The position numbers were made by a program, and so were the translations under genes. Positions 25,628-34,940 of a stretch of 54,779 nucleotides of DNA are shown piece by piece. Below the pieces are notes generated by a model, which ran no database searches, was not told the DNA's origin, and saw nothing but the letters and a program-made list of their open reading frames with translations. This DNA comes from Candidatus Parcubacteria bacterium (lineage in GTDB: Bacteria > Patescibacteriota > Minisyncoccia > Phycocordibacterales > JAACPR01). Location of the stretch: positions 1-54,779 of the forward strand of contig JBEBBG010000010.1 of NCBI GenBank assembly GCA_041158505.1, given 5' to 3'. Each line of letters starts with the position of its first letter. Within the stretch, counting starts at the first letter, position 1.

Positions 25628-26599
25628 TTACTCCTCAATCGTCAACTCGCCGCGCGCGTACGCAGCCACCTTATCGAGAATATCATCGAGATCACCGAGC
25701 ATGATACCTTCAATGTTGTGCCAGCTCTCTTTGATTCGGTGATCGGTGACGCGATTCTGTGGGAAGTTGTAGGTACGGATTTTCTCTGAACGATCGCCCG
25801 TTCCCACCTGCGCCTTTCGTTCTGCTGAGTACTTCTTTGCTTCCTCCTCTTCTTTGAGCGCCTCGAGTTTTGCAATGAGAATTGCCATCGCACGCTCTCG
25901 GTTTGCAAGCTGGCTTCGCTCAGCAGTCGAGCGCACGTCGATACCAGTTGCCTTATGGATAATACGCACAGCGGTTTCCACTTTGTTTACGTTTTGCCCT
26001 CCAGCTCCACCTGAACGTGAAAACTCCATCTCAAATTCATCTGGCCGAAGCTCAAGCTTTGTCTTTTTGCGCATTGGAAGCACTGCAACAGATGCCGTTG
26101 ATGTATGAATACGCCCTTGCTTTTCGGTTGCAGGAATACGCTGTACGCGGTGCACACCTGTCTCAAATCGAAGCACCTCATACACACCTTGGCCGCGAAT
26201 TTCAAACGCAGCTTCTTTGTATCCGCCAATCGCAGACGTTGATTCATAAAGGCGTTTTACACCCCACCCGCGTTTTTCTGCGTACTTTTGGTACATCTCG
26301 GCGAGCTGGTATGCAAAGATAGACGCCTCATCACCACCAGCACCAGCACGAACTTCGAGCACAATTTCGTTTGGAAACTCCTCTTCTTTTTTCTCCTGCT
26401 CGAGAATCTCGTTCATCTGCGTGACCAGCGCCTCCTGCTGCGCTTCAAGTGACGCACGCTCCTCTGCAGCAAGCTCCGCCATACCAGGATCTGCTTCGAC
26501 AGCAGCAAGCTCCGCCTTTTGCGCTTCAAGACGTTCGTACTCTGCAGCAAAAAACTGTGTCTTTTGATTCTCTTTGTAGGTGGTGAGGTCGATACTCAT
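25628..26599 (-). CDS. prfA: Peptide chain release factor 1
   Basis: GGQ motif (SGGAGGQNVNKVETAVRIIH) and the RF1-type PAT tripeptide (QRIPATEKQGRIHTS). Confidence 0.92.
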   Translation of the reverse strand: MSIDLTTYKENQKTQFFAAEYERLEAQKAELAAVEADPGMAELAAEERASLEAQQEALVTQMNEILEQEKKEEEFPNEIVLEVRAGAGGDEASIFAYQLAEMYQKYAEKRGWGVKRLYESTSAIGGYKEAAFEIRGQGVYEVLRFETGVHRVQRIPATEKQGRIHTSTASVAVLPMRKKTKLELRPDEFEMEFSRSGGAGGQNVNKVETAVRIIHKATGIDVRSTAERSQLANRERAMAILIAKLEALKEEEEAKKYSAERKAQVGTGDRSEKIRTYNFPQNRVTDHRIKESWHNIEGIMLGDLDDILDKVAAYARGELTIEE

Positions 26600-26620
26600 G
26601 ATGTGTATAGTAGAACAAAT

Positions 26621-26654
26621 AAAAGCACCGGCCGCAAAGCGGCCGGTGCTTTTA
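26621..26654. terminator. Bidirectional-type intrinsic terminator downstream of rpmE
   Basis: aaaagcaccggccgc-aaa-gcggccggtgctttt: a 12-bp GC stem flanked by an A-run and a T-run. Confidence 0.8.
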
Positions 26655-26659
26655 TTCCC

Positions 26660-26869
26660 CTACTTCTTTGCGGCTGCTCGGCGTGCCTTGAACTTCTCTA
26701 CACGTCCTGCGGTGTCCACAATCTTTTCAAGACCAGTGTAAAACGGGTGGCACTGGCTGCAGATTTCGACGTCGAGCTTTTCTCGAACTGAACCAACGGC
26801 AAAGGTTGCCCCGCATGCGCAGGTAGCTGTTGCCTTTTGGTGGTATGTCGGATGGATGTCCTTTTTCAT
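26660..26869 (-). CDS. rpmE: 50S ribosomal protein L31
   Basis: 69 aa from ATG 26869: [10 protein letters not shown]...CACG...[10 protein letters not shown]. TGcTATAGT sits 9 nt upstream. The tracked ORF's 35 extra N-terminal codons are not L31-like. Confidence 0.92.
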   Translation of the reverse strand: MKKDIHPTYHQKATATCACGATFAVGSVREKLDVEICSQCHPFYTGLEKIVDTAGRVEKFKARRAAAKK

Positions 26870-26924
26870 AGTGGGAAGACTATAGCACGGTCTTTCGAGA
26901 ATCACAAGAGTAGGAAAAACGGCT

Positions 26925-28358
26925 TTAATCAACATCAGCAAGGAAGTCGACCTGCTCCTGGAATCCCGCTGCATGGCTTAATACCGAAGTACCGTAGCTT
27001 TGACCTGGCGCTCCTGCGTAATTGTTGCCGGCGTAGTACTTTGCTGCGGCAGTATGTTCGGCGGTGTAGCCGCCAGCTGCTGCGCCCAAATCAGCAAGGT
27101 ACATGGCCGTTGCTGTGAAAGCGTGCTCTGGATTCCACGGATCTGGTGTTTTTACCCCAAGTGCTGCGGCGATACGGGCCTCATATGACTTCCAGGTAGT
27201 AGGAATAAACTGTGACGGTCCCATTGCCCCTCCCCAGCCACCAACAGAAGCAATTGGGCATGATAGTGGCGTTGTTTCTGGGTCGCGTCCAACCTTTGCA
27301 GTAATTTCTTTGAAAGTTGTCTGGTCATCACGCCATGAACATGGAGATGCAGCCCCCACGCACGATTTACCGTTCGCAAGGTAGTTTGCGTAATGCACTG
27401 GCCCCGGCATGATCGATGTGTACCGTTTTGTCTCAGGGTCACCCGCTCGATTACAGGTACCAACGTTTTTACCAAGGTCAGACTCCTGCTTTAGAATTGC
27501 AAGGATAAGTGCTGGACGAACACCTGTTGCCTTACCAGCAATCGTTGCGTACCGGACAGCATCACCAAACGAAATTCCCTCTACGTCACGAAGGCTGAAA
27601 AGTGCTGCACGAATCTGAGCTGCGCGCTGCTGCTTTTCTGCGATGTACTGTGAAAGTGTCGCTTCCGCTTGTTTTGAGTACTTGAGCAATTGATCTTTTT
27701 CATCTTCCTTTACCTCAACCTGCCGCTTCTGCGCTTCAATCTCTGCTTTCACATCTCGTTCAGCTGCCTGCTTTTTCTCGAGGGCAATTCGCTCCTCTTC
27801 TGTTAAGCCTCGAAGCTGACGGATCTCCTGCATGAGCTGCTCAAGTGAGTGCTGTAGCTGGTTATATGAATCGAGTACCACAAAAAAATCAGAAAGATTG
27901 TCGTGTGCAAGCAATGCCTCGGCGAGCGAAACATCATCGAGCTCATTTGTGCGTTTAATGAGATCCCCTAACGACCCGCGACTGCGTTCAAGCTTAGCGT
28001 TTAGCTCTTGCACGGTCTGATCTTTGAGATTGATATCCTTACCGATTTTTTTAATTGCAACATTGCGCTGCTCAATAGCAAGCTGGGCTTTTTTAATTTC
28101 TCCCGTAAGTACACGAAGTTCGCTCGCGATTGTTGCTGATTCAGCTTGCTGCGTACCAAGGGTCTGCTGCAGCGCTGCTTCTTCTTCTTTCAGACGTTTA
28201 TACTCTTCACACAGCTGTCGCTCATTATCGTCGCGCGGACTTGCACACACCTGCTCTTCAAGGCTTTGCGCGTAGAGCGTCTGCACTGCCCACAAGAAAA
28301 AGGTAACGATAACTGCAGCAAATACAATGTACCCGATGACGACTCGAAGCTTTGGCAT
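26925..28358 (-). CDS. Membrane-anchored coiled-coil protein with C-terminal lytic transglycosylase (SLT_2/MltB-like) domain
   Basis: N-terminal TM and a heptad-rich region of about 230 aa. The C-terminal domain has [12 protein letters not shown] (catalytic Glu) and [13 protein letters not shown]. Start was set at ATG 28358, with TATAAT 11 nt upstream. The tracked ORF starts at GTG 28367. Confidence 0.8.
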   Translation of the reverse strand: MPKLRVVIGYIVFAAVIVTFFLWAVQTLYAQSLEEQVCASPRDDNERQLCEEYKRLKEEEAALQQTLGTQQAESATIASELRVLTGEIKKAQLAIEQRNVAIKKIGKDINLKDQTVQELNAKLERSRGSLGDLIKRTNELDDVSLAEALLAHDNLSDFFVVLDSYNQLQHSLEQLMQEIRQLRGLTEEERIALEKKQAAERDVKAEIEAQKRQVEVKEDEKDQLLKYSKQAEATLSQYIAEKQQRAAQIRAALFSLRDVEGISFGDAVRYATIAGKATGVRPALILAILKQESDLGKNVGTCNRAGDPETKRYTSIMPGPVHYANYLANGKSCVGAASPCSWRDDQTTFKEITAKVGRDPETTPLSCPIASVGGWGGAMGPSQFIPTTWKSYEARIAAALGVKTPDPWNPEHAFTATAMYLADLGAAAGGYTAEHTAAAKYYAGNNYAGAPGQSYGTSVLSHAAGFQEQVDFLADVD

Positions 28359-28413
28359 ACGTAGCACGTATTATACCCAACTCTGCGGGTAATGAAAAAC
28401 GGTGTGCTCATAG

Positions 28414-28450
28414 AAAAAAGCCGGGCACGTTTTACGTGCCCGGCTTTTTT
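28414..28450. terminator. Bidirectional-type intrinsic terminator downstream of rplY
   Basis: aaaaaagccgggcacg-tttta-cgtgcccggctttttt. Confidence 0.8.
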
Positions 28451-28467
28451 CAGTAGATACCCACTGC

Positions 28468-29100
28468 TTACGCTGCAGGCTCCTCTTCTTCCTTCTTCTT
28501 TCCAACAACTTCAATAGTGCTGAAGTCAGGAGCAACGACGTCTGTCTCTGTCTCCTCCTTGTGCGCCTGCACAAGAGCAATTACCTCGTCAGCATCGCTT
28601 ACGAGTGTTACACCAGCAGGCATAACAAGATCTCGAGCGTGAATTTGTGAATCAAAGTCAACGAGCGCATCGATTGAAACCTCAATTTCGTGTGGGAGAT
28701 CCTTTGGCATAGCCTCAACCTCAACCTCGTGTGTAACCTTTACGAGTACACCACCAAGGTCCTGCTCAGCAGCTGAAACACCAACGAATGTAAGTGGCAC
28801 AGTTACCTCTACCTTCTTTCCCTTTTCAACAACGTAGAAATCCACGTGCTGCACATCACCTCGAACTGGGTGAACAGTAATATCCTTTACAAGTGCATCG
28901 TGGTCTTCACCTGCACCAGTAAGTGTAATAATGGTTGATTCTCCAGCCTCACGGTACACCTTAATAAAATCTACTGCCTTAAACTTAATTGATGTTGCGG
29001 TCTGTTTTGGACCGTAAAAAACAGCAGGAACAAAGCCACTCTTTCGGAGCGCGTCTACGTTCTCGGCTGTGTCTCGGGTTTCAATGCTCAGCGTTGTCAT
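28468..29100 (-). CDS. rplY: 50S ribosomal protein L25/Ctc
   Basis: MTTLSIETRD...GFVPAVFYG...HVDF; two-domain Ctc form with an acidic tail. TGtTATACT sits 10 nt upstream of ATG 29100. Confidence 0.88.
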   Translation of the reverse strand: MTTLSIETRDTAENVDALRKSGFVPAVFYGPKQTATSIKFKAVDFIKVYREAGESTIITLTGAGEDHDALVKDITVHPVRGDVQHVDFYVVEKGKKVEVTVPLTFVGVSAAEQDLGGVLVKVTHEVEVEAMPKDLPHEIEVSIDALVDFDSQIHARDLVMPAGVTLVSDADEVIALVQAHKEETETDVVAPDFSTIEVVGKKKEEEEPAA

Positions 29101-29151
29101 AGTGAGGGCTAGTATACACGAATTCCTTGACAAGGCAACAGAACCCCCGCC

Positions 29152-30807
29152 CTACTTCCCCAGAATGTGGCTTTCCATGTATGCCAAGGTACCACCGACC
29201 TTTTTCCCTGGATTAAACATATTGTGTGGGTCAAAAATAGCTTTTACGCGCTCAAATAGGCCGTATACATCAGCTCCAAACATCTGTTTTACGTACGGTG
29301 TTCGCAAAATACCGTCATTATGCTCAGCCGTAATCGTGCCCTTATACTGAATAATCAGGTCGTACACGATATTTGCGACGGGTACAATTTTGTCTCGTTC
29401 AGACTGCTTGCTCAAATCCATGAGTGGAATAATGTGCAAATTTCCTTCACCTGCGTGCCCTGCAATATTTGCCTTAATGCCATGCTCTTTAAGGATTGCC
29501 ATAAGCTTTGGCAAGAACTCTGGAAGGACATCTGGTTTTACACAAAAATCTTCGATAAACGGCACCGTTTGCTTGTGTTTCACTTTTTGCCGGAGCAGGT
29601 TAAAGCTTTCACGACGCATAATCCAAAACTTCTCAGCTTCTTCCATATCATCAATAACACGATAGTGTAGCGCATTATCTTTGAGGGCCTCTACAACCTG
29701 CGCAACTTTTCGATCAGCCTCTTTTTTTGTGTCCTCAGCAATTTGCACGAGCACCACAAGCTTTGGCAAACCACCGAGCTTTAAGCTAATGATTGCTTCA
29801 GGCCAAAATTGCAGCGCAAATGACAAAAAGCTCTTACCTGCTTTCTTTGCAATTTCGGGCATAAACTTAATACCAAGCCAGAGCGTCGTATCATCAAATG
29901 TTTCCATGCTCTGTGCACCAATTGGCAGCAATTCATTTACTGTTTCTGGAAGCGCATCCCATGAGTTAAAGAAAAGCGTCACCAACCGTTCATGCTCTTT
30001 GGTTTCAACAAGCCGAACATCCGCCTCAGTCAGAATACCGAGCGTTCCCTGCGAACCTGTAAAAAGCTGCGTCAAATCAAACGTCCCCGCCTGCTTATCG
30101 TACACGTCCCAGAGAGCATACCCTGATGAATTCTTTACAACATCCGGCTTTGCGGCCTTGATGAGATCATAGTGTGCATCAATCAGCTCGAATGTTTTTC
30201 TGTAAATTTCACCTTCAAAGTCAGACTGCTGCATCTTTTGTGCAAGCTCATCCATGGTCAGTTTACGAAAACTGTACTCTTGCCCATTTGCGAGCACCAT
30301 CTTAAGACGCTCAACAAAATTTCGCATTTGCCCATAGCGAAGCGAGTTTTCACTACCACAGTTGTTCATAATCATGCCACCAAATGCAGCGAGACCTTTT
30401 GATGCCGGGTATACAGGCATTGAAACATGCTCAGGCAACGTGACACGTTCGAAGTCCCGATAAAAAACACCTGGCTCAACCGTTGCACGAAGTTTTGGCA
30501 AATCAACAGTCTCGCGATTAAAGTGAGCAGTGAAATCGAGAATAATTCCTTCTCCAACAGCTCCACCCGACATACAGGTTCCGGCTGCTCGCCCTGTAAT
30601 TGAAAGACCTGGAAACTCTTTTTGATTTGCGGCAACAAAACGCACGACCTGCTCAACATCTCGAACATCTTTTGGGCGCACAACTACCTTTGGACGCACC
30701 TTAAAAAGGCTCGCGTCTCTACTGTACGTTTCAAGCGTGGCGTCATCAATGAGCACCTCACCACGAACAACCTCACGCAACCGATCTTGTAGTTTACTTG
30801 ATGCCAT
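29152..30807 (-). CDS. FAD-binding oxidoreductase (GlcD/D-lactate dehydrogenase-like)
   Basis: A PCMH-type FAD-binding N-terminal domain plus an FAD-linked oxidase C-terminal domain (GTITAEHNDG). 551 aa. Confidence 0.82.
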   Translation of the reverse strand: MASSKLQDRLREVVRGEVLIDDATLETYSRDASLFKVRPKVVVRPKDVRDVEQVVRFVAANQKEFPGLSITGRAAGTCMSGGAVGEGIILDFTAHFNRETVDLPKLRATVEPGVFYRDFERVTLPEHVSMPVYPASKGLAAFGGMIMNNCGSENSLRYGQMRNFVERLKMVLANGQEYSFRKLTMDELAQKMQQSDFEGEIYRKTFELIDAHYDLIKAAKPDVVKNSSGYALWDVYDKQAGTFDLTQLFTGSQGTLGILTEADVRLVETKEHERLVTLFFNSWDALPETVNELLPIGAQSMETFDDTTLWLGIKFMPEIAKKAGKSFLSFALQFWPEAIISLKLGGLPKLVVLVQIAEDTKKEADRKVAQVVEALKDNALHYRVIDDMEEAEKFWIMRRESFNLLRQKVKHKQTVPFIEDFCVKPDVLPEFLPKLMAILKEHGIKANIAGHAGEGNLHIIPLMDLSKQSERDKIVPVANIVYDLIIQYKGTITAEHNDGILRTPYVKQMFGADVYGLFERVKAIFDPHNMFNPGKKVGGTLAYMESHILGK

Positions 30808-31663
30808 TGAAAAGTTTGAGTCTATCCGTTACAACTGCTTGCATTGCCTCAACTGATGGACCAAGCAACTTGTATGGTGCCACTTCATCAGGGTACGTCG
30901 TGAGTGTTTGCACGAGTGCTGTTTTAAATGCAAGACGAATTTCTGTATTGATGTGTATCGTCGAAATTCCTGCTGCAACTGCAGCGGTAAAGTCTTCATC
31001 ACTAATTCCTGAACCCCCATGAAGCACCAGTGGCACGCCCGCCGCATCTCGAATCGCGGCAATACGTACCGTATCAATTTTGGGGTTATGCCCGCTCTTG
31101 AGCATGCCGTGCATGTTACCGACTGCAGGAGCGAGCATATCAACGCCAGTTTGCTGCACGAATGCAGCCGCGTCTTCTGGCTTAGTCAGAAACTGTTCAT
31201 CTGTTGCGACACCATCAGGAATTGCGTCGAGCATTTTTGATGATTGCCCAATATTGCCAAGCTCAGCCTCAACGAGTACATCTCGACCGCACCCCCGGGC
31301 ATACTCAACACACTTTTTTGTTACCGCAATATTTTCTTCGTGTGAAAGCTTCACTCCATCAAAAATAACAGCATCGTACCCCGCATCAATCGCCCGCTTC
31401 ACTCCCTCAAATGAGTATGTGTGATCTGCGTTTAAGAAAATTGGGTGCTGATACACGGTGCGAAGTGTTTGCACAAGCGCAACAGTTTCTGGAATACCCA
31501 CAAAATCACGCTCCCCTTCAGATGTTCCAATAATCACTGGCAGATTGAGTGCGCGCGCTGCGGCAACAATTGCATGCAACCCTTCGAGGTTTGAAATATT
31601 AAAGTGTCCAATAGCAACATGTCGCTGCTCTGCATCGTGAACGTAATCTCGAAGCGACTTCAT
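30794..31663 (-). CDS. fba: Class II fructose/tagatose-bisphosphate aldolase
   Basis: HFNISNLEG, LNADH, NMHG and LVLHGGSG motifs of class II aldolases. Confidence 0.9.
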   Translation of the reverse strand: MKSLRDYVHDAEQRHVAIGHFNISNLEGLHAIVAAARALNLPVIIGTSEGERDFVGIPETVALVQTLRTVYQHPIFLNADHTYSFEGVKRAIDAGYDAVIFDGVKLSHEENIAVTKKCVEYARGCGRDVLVEAELGNIGQSSKMLDAIPDGVATDEQFLTKPEDAAAFVQQTGVDMLAPAVGNMHGMLKSGHNPKIDTVRIAAIRDAAGVPLVLHGGSGISDEDFTAAVAAGISTIHINTEIRLAFKTALVQTLTTYPDEVAPYKLLGPSVEAMQAVVTDRLKLFNGIK

Positions 31664-31670
31664 GAGAGTG

Positions 31671-31696
31671 ATTGTAGCACAGCTTTTTGGTACAAT
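31671..31696. promoter_or_regulatory. Back-to-back leaderless-type -10 boxes for fba (minus) and the PfkB kinase (plus)
   Basis: On the minus strand TACAAT (31676-31671) lies 7 nt before ATG 31663. On the plus strand TGgTACAAT (hexamer 31691-31696) lies 6 nt before ATG 31703. Confidence 0.55.
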
Positions 31697-31702
31697 CTAT
31701 GC

Positions 31703-32716
31703 ATGTTTTTCAGTAAAAAAGAGCAACTCGATTTTGTTGCTGTAGGTGACATCGTCACTGATGCTTTTATCAAGCTACAAGAAGCATGGATTGAGCAAGA
31801 CAACCCTGCAAAAGACAAAGAGCTCTGCATGCGCTTTGGAGAAAAACTCCCTTTTGAAGATGTTACTGTTGTCGCGGCCGTGGGTAACAGCCCAAACGCT
31901 GCAGTCGCCGCTCATCGTCTCGGTCTCAAAACTGCACTTGTGACAAATATTGGAGATGATGACTTTGGCACTGAACAATTCAAACAACTCACTGCCGGTG
32001 GTATCGATACACGTTTTGTAACCACACACAAAGGTCTTCAATCAAACTACCACTACGTGCTACGGCTCGGCGCAGAGCGCACCATTCTTGTTAAACACAC
32101 AGCATTTCCGTACGCCTTTCCTACTATTGAACCGGCACCGCGCTTCATGTACCTCTCATCACTTGCAGATAATTCCCTTCCATACCACGGCGAAATTGCC
32201 AGATACCTCAAAGAACACCCAGAAACAAAGTTGGCGTTTCAGCCTGGTACGTTTCAAATTAAGCTCGGCACCGAATCGCTTGGTGATTTGTATACCCTTT
32301 CGTACCTCTTCTTCTGCAACAAAGAAGAAGCGCAACTTATCTTGGGCACCAAAGAAGAAGACATCGCGGTACTTCTCAAGGAACTTCGTGCGCTCGGTCC
32401 AAAAATTCCAGTCATTACCGATGGTCCAAATGGTGCGTACGCATACGATGGAACTGAAGCATGGTTTATGCCAATGTATCCAGACCCAGCGCCGCCAGTC
32501 GACAGAACTGGTGCCGGCGACTCTTTTGCAAGCACCGTTACAAGCGCGCTCGCGTTAGGAAAAACACTTCCAGAGGCGCTCTCATGGGGCCCAATCAATT
32601 CAATGTCAGTTGTACAGTATATTGGTGCTCAAAAAGGACTCTTACACAGAGATAAACTTGAACTACTCCGTAGTGACGCTCCCGCAACATACAAACCACA
32701 GCGAATAACGGTATAG
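31703..32716 (+). CDS. PfkB-family carbohydrate kinase
   Basis: FVAVGDIVTDAF... N-terminus and the C-terminal anion-hole motif DRTGAGDSFAS. Start was set at ATG 31703; the upstream 33 codons overlap the fba start. Confidence 0.85.
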   Translation: MFFSKKEQLDFVAVGDIVTDAFIKLQEAWIEQDNPAKDKELCMRFGEKLPFEDVTVVAAVGNSPNAAVAAHRLGLKTALVTNIGDDDFGTEQFKQLTAGGIDTRFVTTHKGLQSNYHYVLRLGAERTILVKHTAFPYAFPTIEPAPRFMYLSSLADNSLPYHGEIARYLKEHPETKLAFQPGTFQIKLGTESLGDLYTLSYLFFCNKEEAQLILGTKEEDIAVLLKELRALGPKIPVITDGPNGAYAYDGTEAWFMPMYPDPAPPVDRTGAGDSFASTVTSALALGKTLPEALSWGPINSMSVVQYIGAQKGLLHRDKLELLRSDAPATYKPQRITV

Positions 32717-32751
32717 GCACACACGCACACCCACGGTATACTAAAGACACC

Positions 32752-33060
32752 ATGTCGGAACTTGGCATCGAATTTGAAGAAGAGTACAACGGTTCGGATT
32801 TTCATATCCGATCTCGGAAGCTACTTGGAGAAAAGACGACACCAACAATGATTACCTTTCTTATTGATCGTGGTGTTGCAAAATCAGAAAAACAAGCGTT
32901 CATCATTTCTATTGCGCTCATTGTCATCTTCATTAGTCTCAGCGTCTTTATTATTCGCGTATCGCTCGTAAATAACGAGCCGATTAAAGTTATCGACAAG
33001 TACGGCCGTAGTATTCCATTTGATGATTACGTACAGCAACTTAACGAAAAACCATTGTAA
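32752..33060 (+). CDS. Hypothetical single-TM protein upstream of pilin
   Basis: 102-aa ORF with TM FIISIALIVIFISLSVFII. TATACT (32737-32742) sits 9 nt upstream of the ATG. Confidence 0.6.
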   Translation: MSELGIEFEEEYNGSDFHIRSRKLLGEKTTPTMITFLIDRGVAKSEKQAFIISIALIVIFISLSVFIIRVSLVNNEPIKVIDKYGRSIPFDDYVQQLNEKPL

Positions 33061-33063
33061 CGT

Positions 33064-33633
33064 ATGAAAACCCCAGCAACGACACGTGGCTTTACACTGA
33101 TTGAAATCTTGATGGTAGTCGCAATTATTGCGCTTCTTTCCTCTATTGTTATTGCTGCGCTCAATAGTGCTCGAGATAACGCGCGAAATGTCCACCGCAA
33201 CGAAACTGCCCGCCAGTACATTATTGCCATGGGGCTCTACCAAAACACTTACGGTTCATACCCCACAGGTGGCTGTATTGACCCGATTGAATGTGCATCA
33301 GTCACGCGAGTATGCTTAGGTGACCACCCAACAAATAGCTGCTTTATATACGGTCCAGATCCAGGGGAGCAAGAGAGTAGTATCGTAAACTCACAAATCA
33401 GTGAATTCATTCCTGCTCTACCAGCGTTGACCGATCCGATTGTTACCGTCGATGAAACGTTTACCGGCATCGTGTACGGCTGCATCACAGATACAGGCCC
33501 AAATGCGTGTAAAGCATACAGCATGACATGGGCGCTTGAAGGTGACGGCGACAACAATGAGTGTCCAGCAGGAGCAGAAAAAGTAGATGGCAACGTTGTG
33601 ACCTTTTGTACCTTTAGTACAAGCAGCAACTAG
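33064..33633 (+). CDS. Type IV pilin / pseudopilin (prepilin-type N-terminal methylation motif)
   Basis: MKTPATTRG|FTLIEILMVVAIIALLSSIV is a class III signal peptide. The globular domain has 8 Cys. Confidence 0.88.
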   Translation: MKTPATTRGFTLIEILMVVAIIALLSSIVIAALNSARDNARNVHRNETARQYIIAMGLYQNTYGSYPTGGCIDPIECASVTRVCLGDHPTNSCFIYGPDPGEQESSIVNSQISEFIPALPALTDPIVTVDETFTGIVYGCITDTGPNACKAYSMTWALEGDGDNNECPAGAEKVDGNVVTFCTFSTSSN

Positions 33634-34934
33634 CTAATCACTCGTGGCATACGAATCAATGCCACCGTTCCTGCGCGTGGTGAACTGGTAAGTTCTAAAC
33701 GCCCACCCATACGCTTCGTCAGCTCTTGTGCAATCCACAATCCAAGCCCGCTACCACGAAGCCCTTGTGCAGGTTGTGTTCGGTTCCATTTTTCTTGAAG
33801 TGCTCGGAGAACCTCTGTCTCTATGCCGGGCCCGCTATCGGTGATTCGAATACAGACATCGCTTCCCTCCGTAGACACATCCACGTGTATTGGGGAGGTC
33901 GCATGTACCAACGCGTTATCGAGGAGCTGTTCAAGCACTACCCCAAGTACGCGCGCGTCAGCATGCATAGACTGTGTCCCCGTACTTGTGTGCGATATGC
34001 ACGGCTTACGTCCAGCATGTTTTTTCTCTACTGCTGTAATAGCCGCATGAACAACTTGCTGTGGGCGAAGCGCGGTAATTCTAATGGGTACTTCTCCGTG
34101 CTCAATTTCATGTGCGAGTACTGCCTGATCAATGAAACGACTCAGCGTATCGGCAGCTTTTACCATACGCTCGACTTGTCCACGAACGGTATCGGGTACA
34201 GTTTCTGTACTCAGCATGTGCGCGTATCCCGCAATGACGGTCACCGGAGTTTGTATTTCATGGAGTGTTTGTGAAAGGAATGTTCGTGTATGTGCAAGTG
34301 TACGGGCAAGATGCCGTTGAGTGGTACGGTGCTTCCCTGTACCCAAAAGCCAAGCGGTGACAAAAAAGACAAGACCAAGCAGTGCCAATGTTAGCAGTAC
34401 AATACGCACCATATTGCGTTCAATAGGCATTTCCATGAGCGTGGGGTCGAGCACTGCACGCACGTACCCCGCAGAAGATGTGGCGGTTGCAGTAAAAGCA
34501 TACACGCTCTCACGGTACCCTGTGTCTGTAGCACCGGTTACAACTTGATGTGGAAGCGCTTGTGCAGCAGTAGTAACTGGTGTTGCAAATGCTGGTGCAC
34601 CAGCAGTAAGGAGAAGATCGTGCACCGCAACGTACTGTGCACCACCCTCCTTTTGATACACAATGCCAAGAGAAATCAGCCCAGGTGTCCGCTCTATATG
34701 TGCCGCAATACTTGATTCTAGAGCGAGCGTATCCGCACCAGCAATTTGCGCAACATCTGCGACTGACGCTGGTACGAGCTCAGCAGCTTGTTCCACTACT
34801 CGATCGCGCGCATCACGAACCACGAGCATGAACATATTTGCAAGAATAATGAAACTTGCACAAATAAGCGCGAGTAACGCGTACAGCGAAAGTCTATCGA
34901 TTCGAGTATGTTGCTGTGAATCAGAGGTATGCAT
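33630..34934 (-). CDS. Sensor histidine kinase
   Basis: Two TM segments flank an extracytoplasmic region. H-box HEIQTPVTVIAGYAHML and HATPase_c boxes (LLDNALVH, DSGPGI, GSGLGL). Confidence 0.88.
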   Translation of the reverse strand: MHTSDSQQHTRIDRLSLYALLALICASFIILANMFMLVVRDARDRVVEQAAELVPASVADVAQIAGADTLALESSIAAHIERTPGLISLGIVYQKEGGAQYVAVHDLLLTAGAPAFATPVTTAAQALPHQVVTGATDTGYRESVYAFTATATSSAGYVRAVLDPTLMEMPIERNMVRIVLLTLALLGLVFFVTAWLLGTGKHRTTQRHLARTLAHTRTFLSQTLHEIQTPVTVIAGYAHMLSTETVPDTVRGQVERMVKAADTLSRFIDQAVLAHEIEHGEVPIRITALRPQQVVHAAITAVEKKHAGRKPCISHTSTGTQSMHADARVLGVVLEQLLDNALVHATSPIHVDVSTEGSDVCIRITDSGPGIETEVLRALQEKWNRTQPAQGLRGSGLGLWIAQELTKRMGGRLELTSSPRAGTVALIRMPRVIS

Positions 34935-34940
34935 ACCGTA

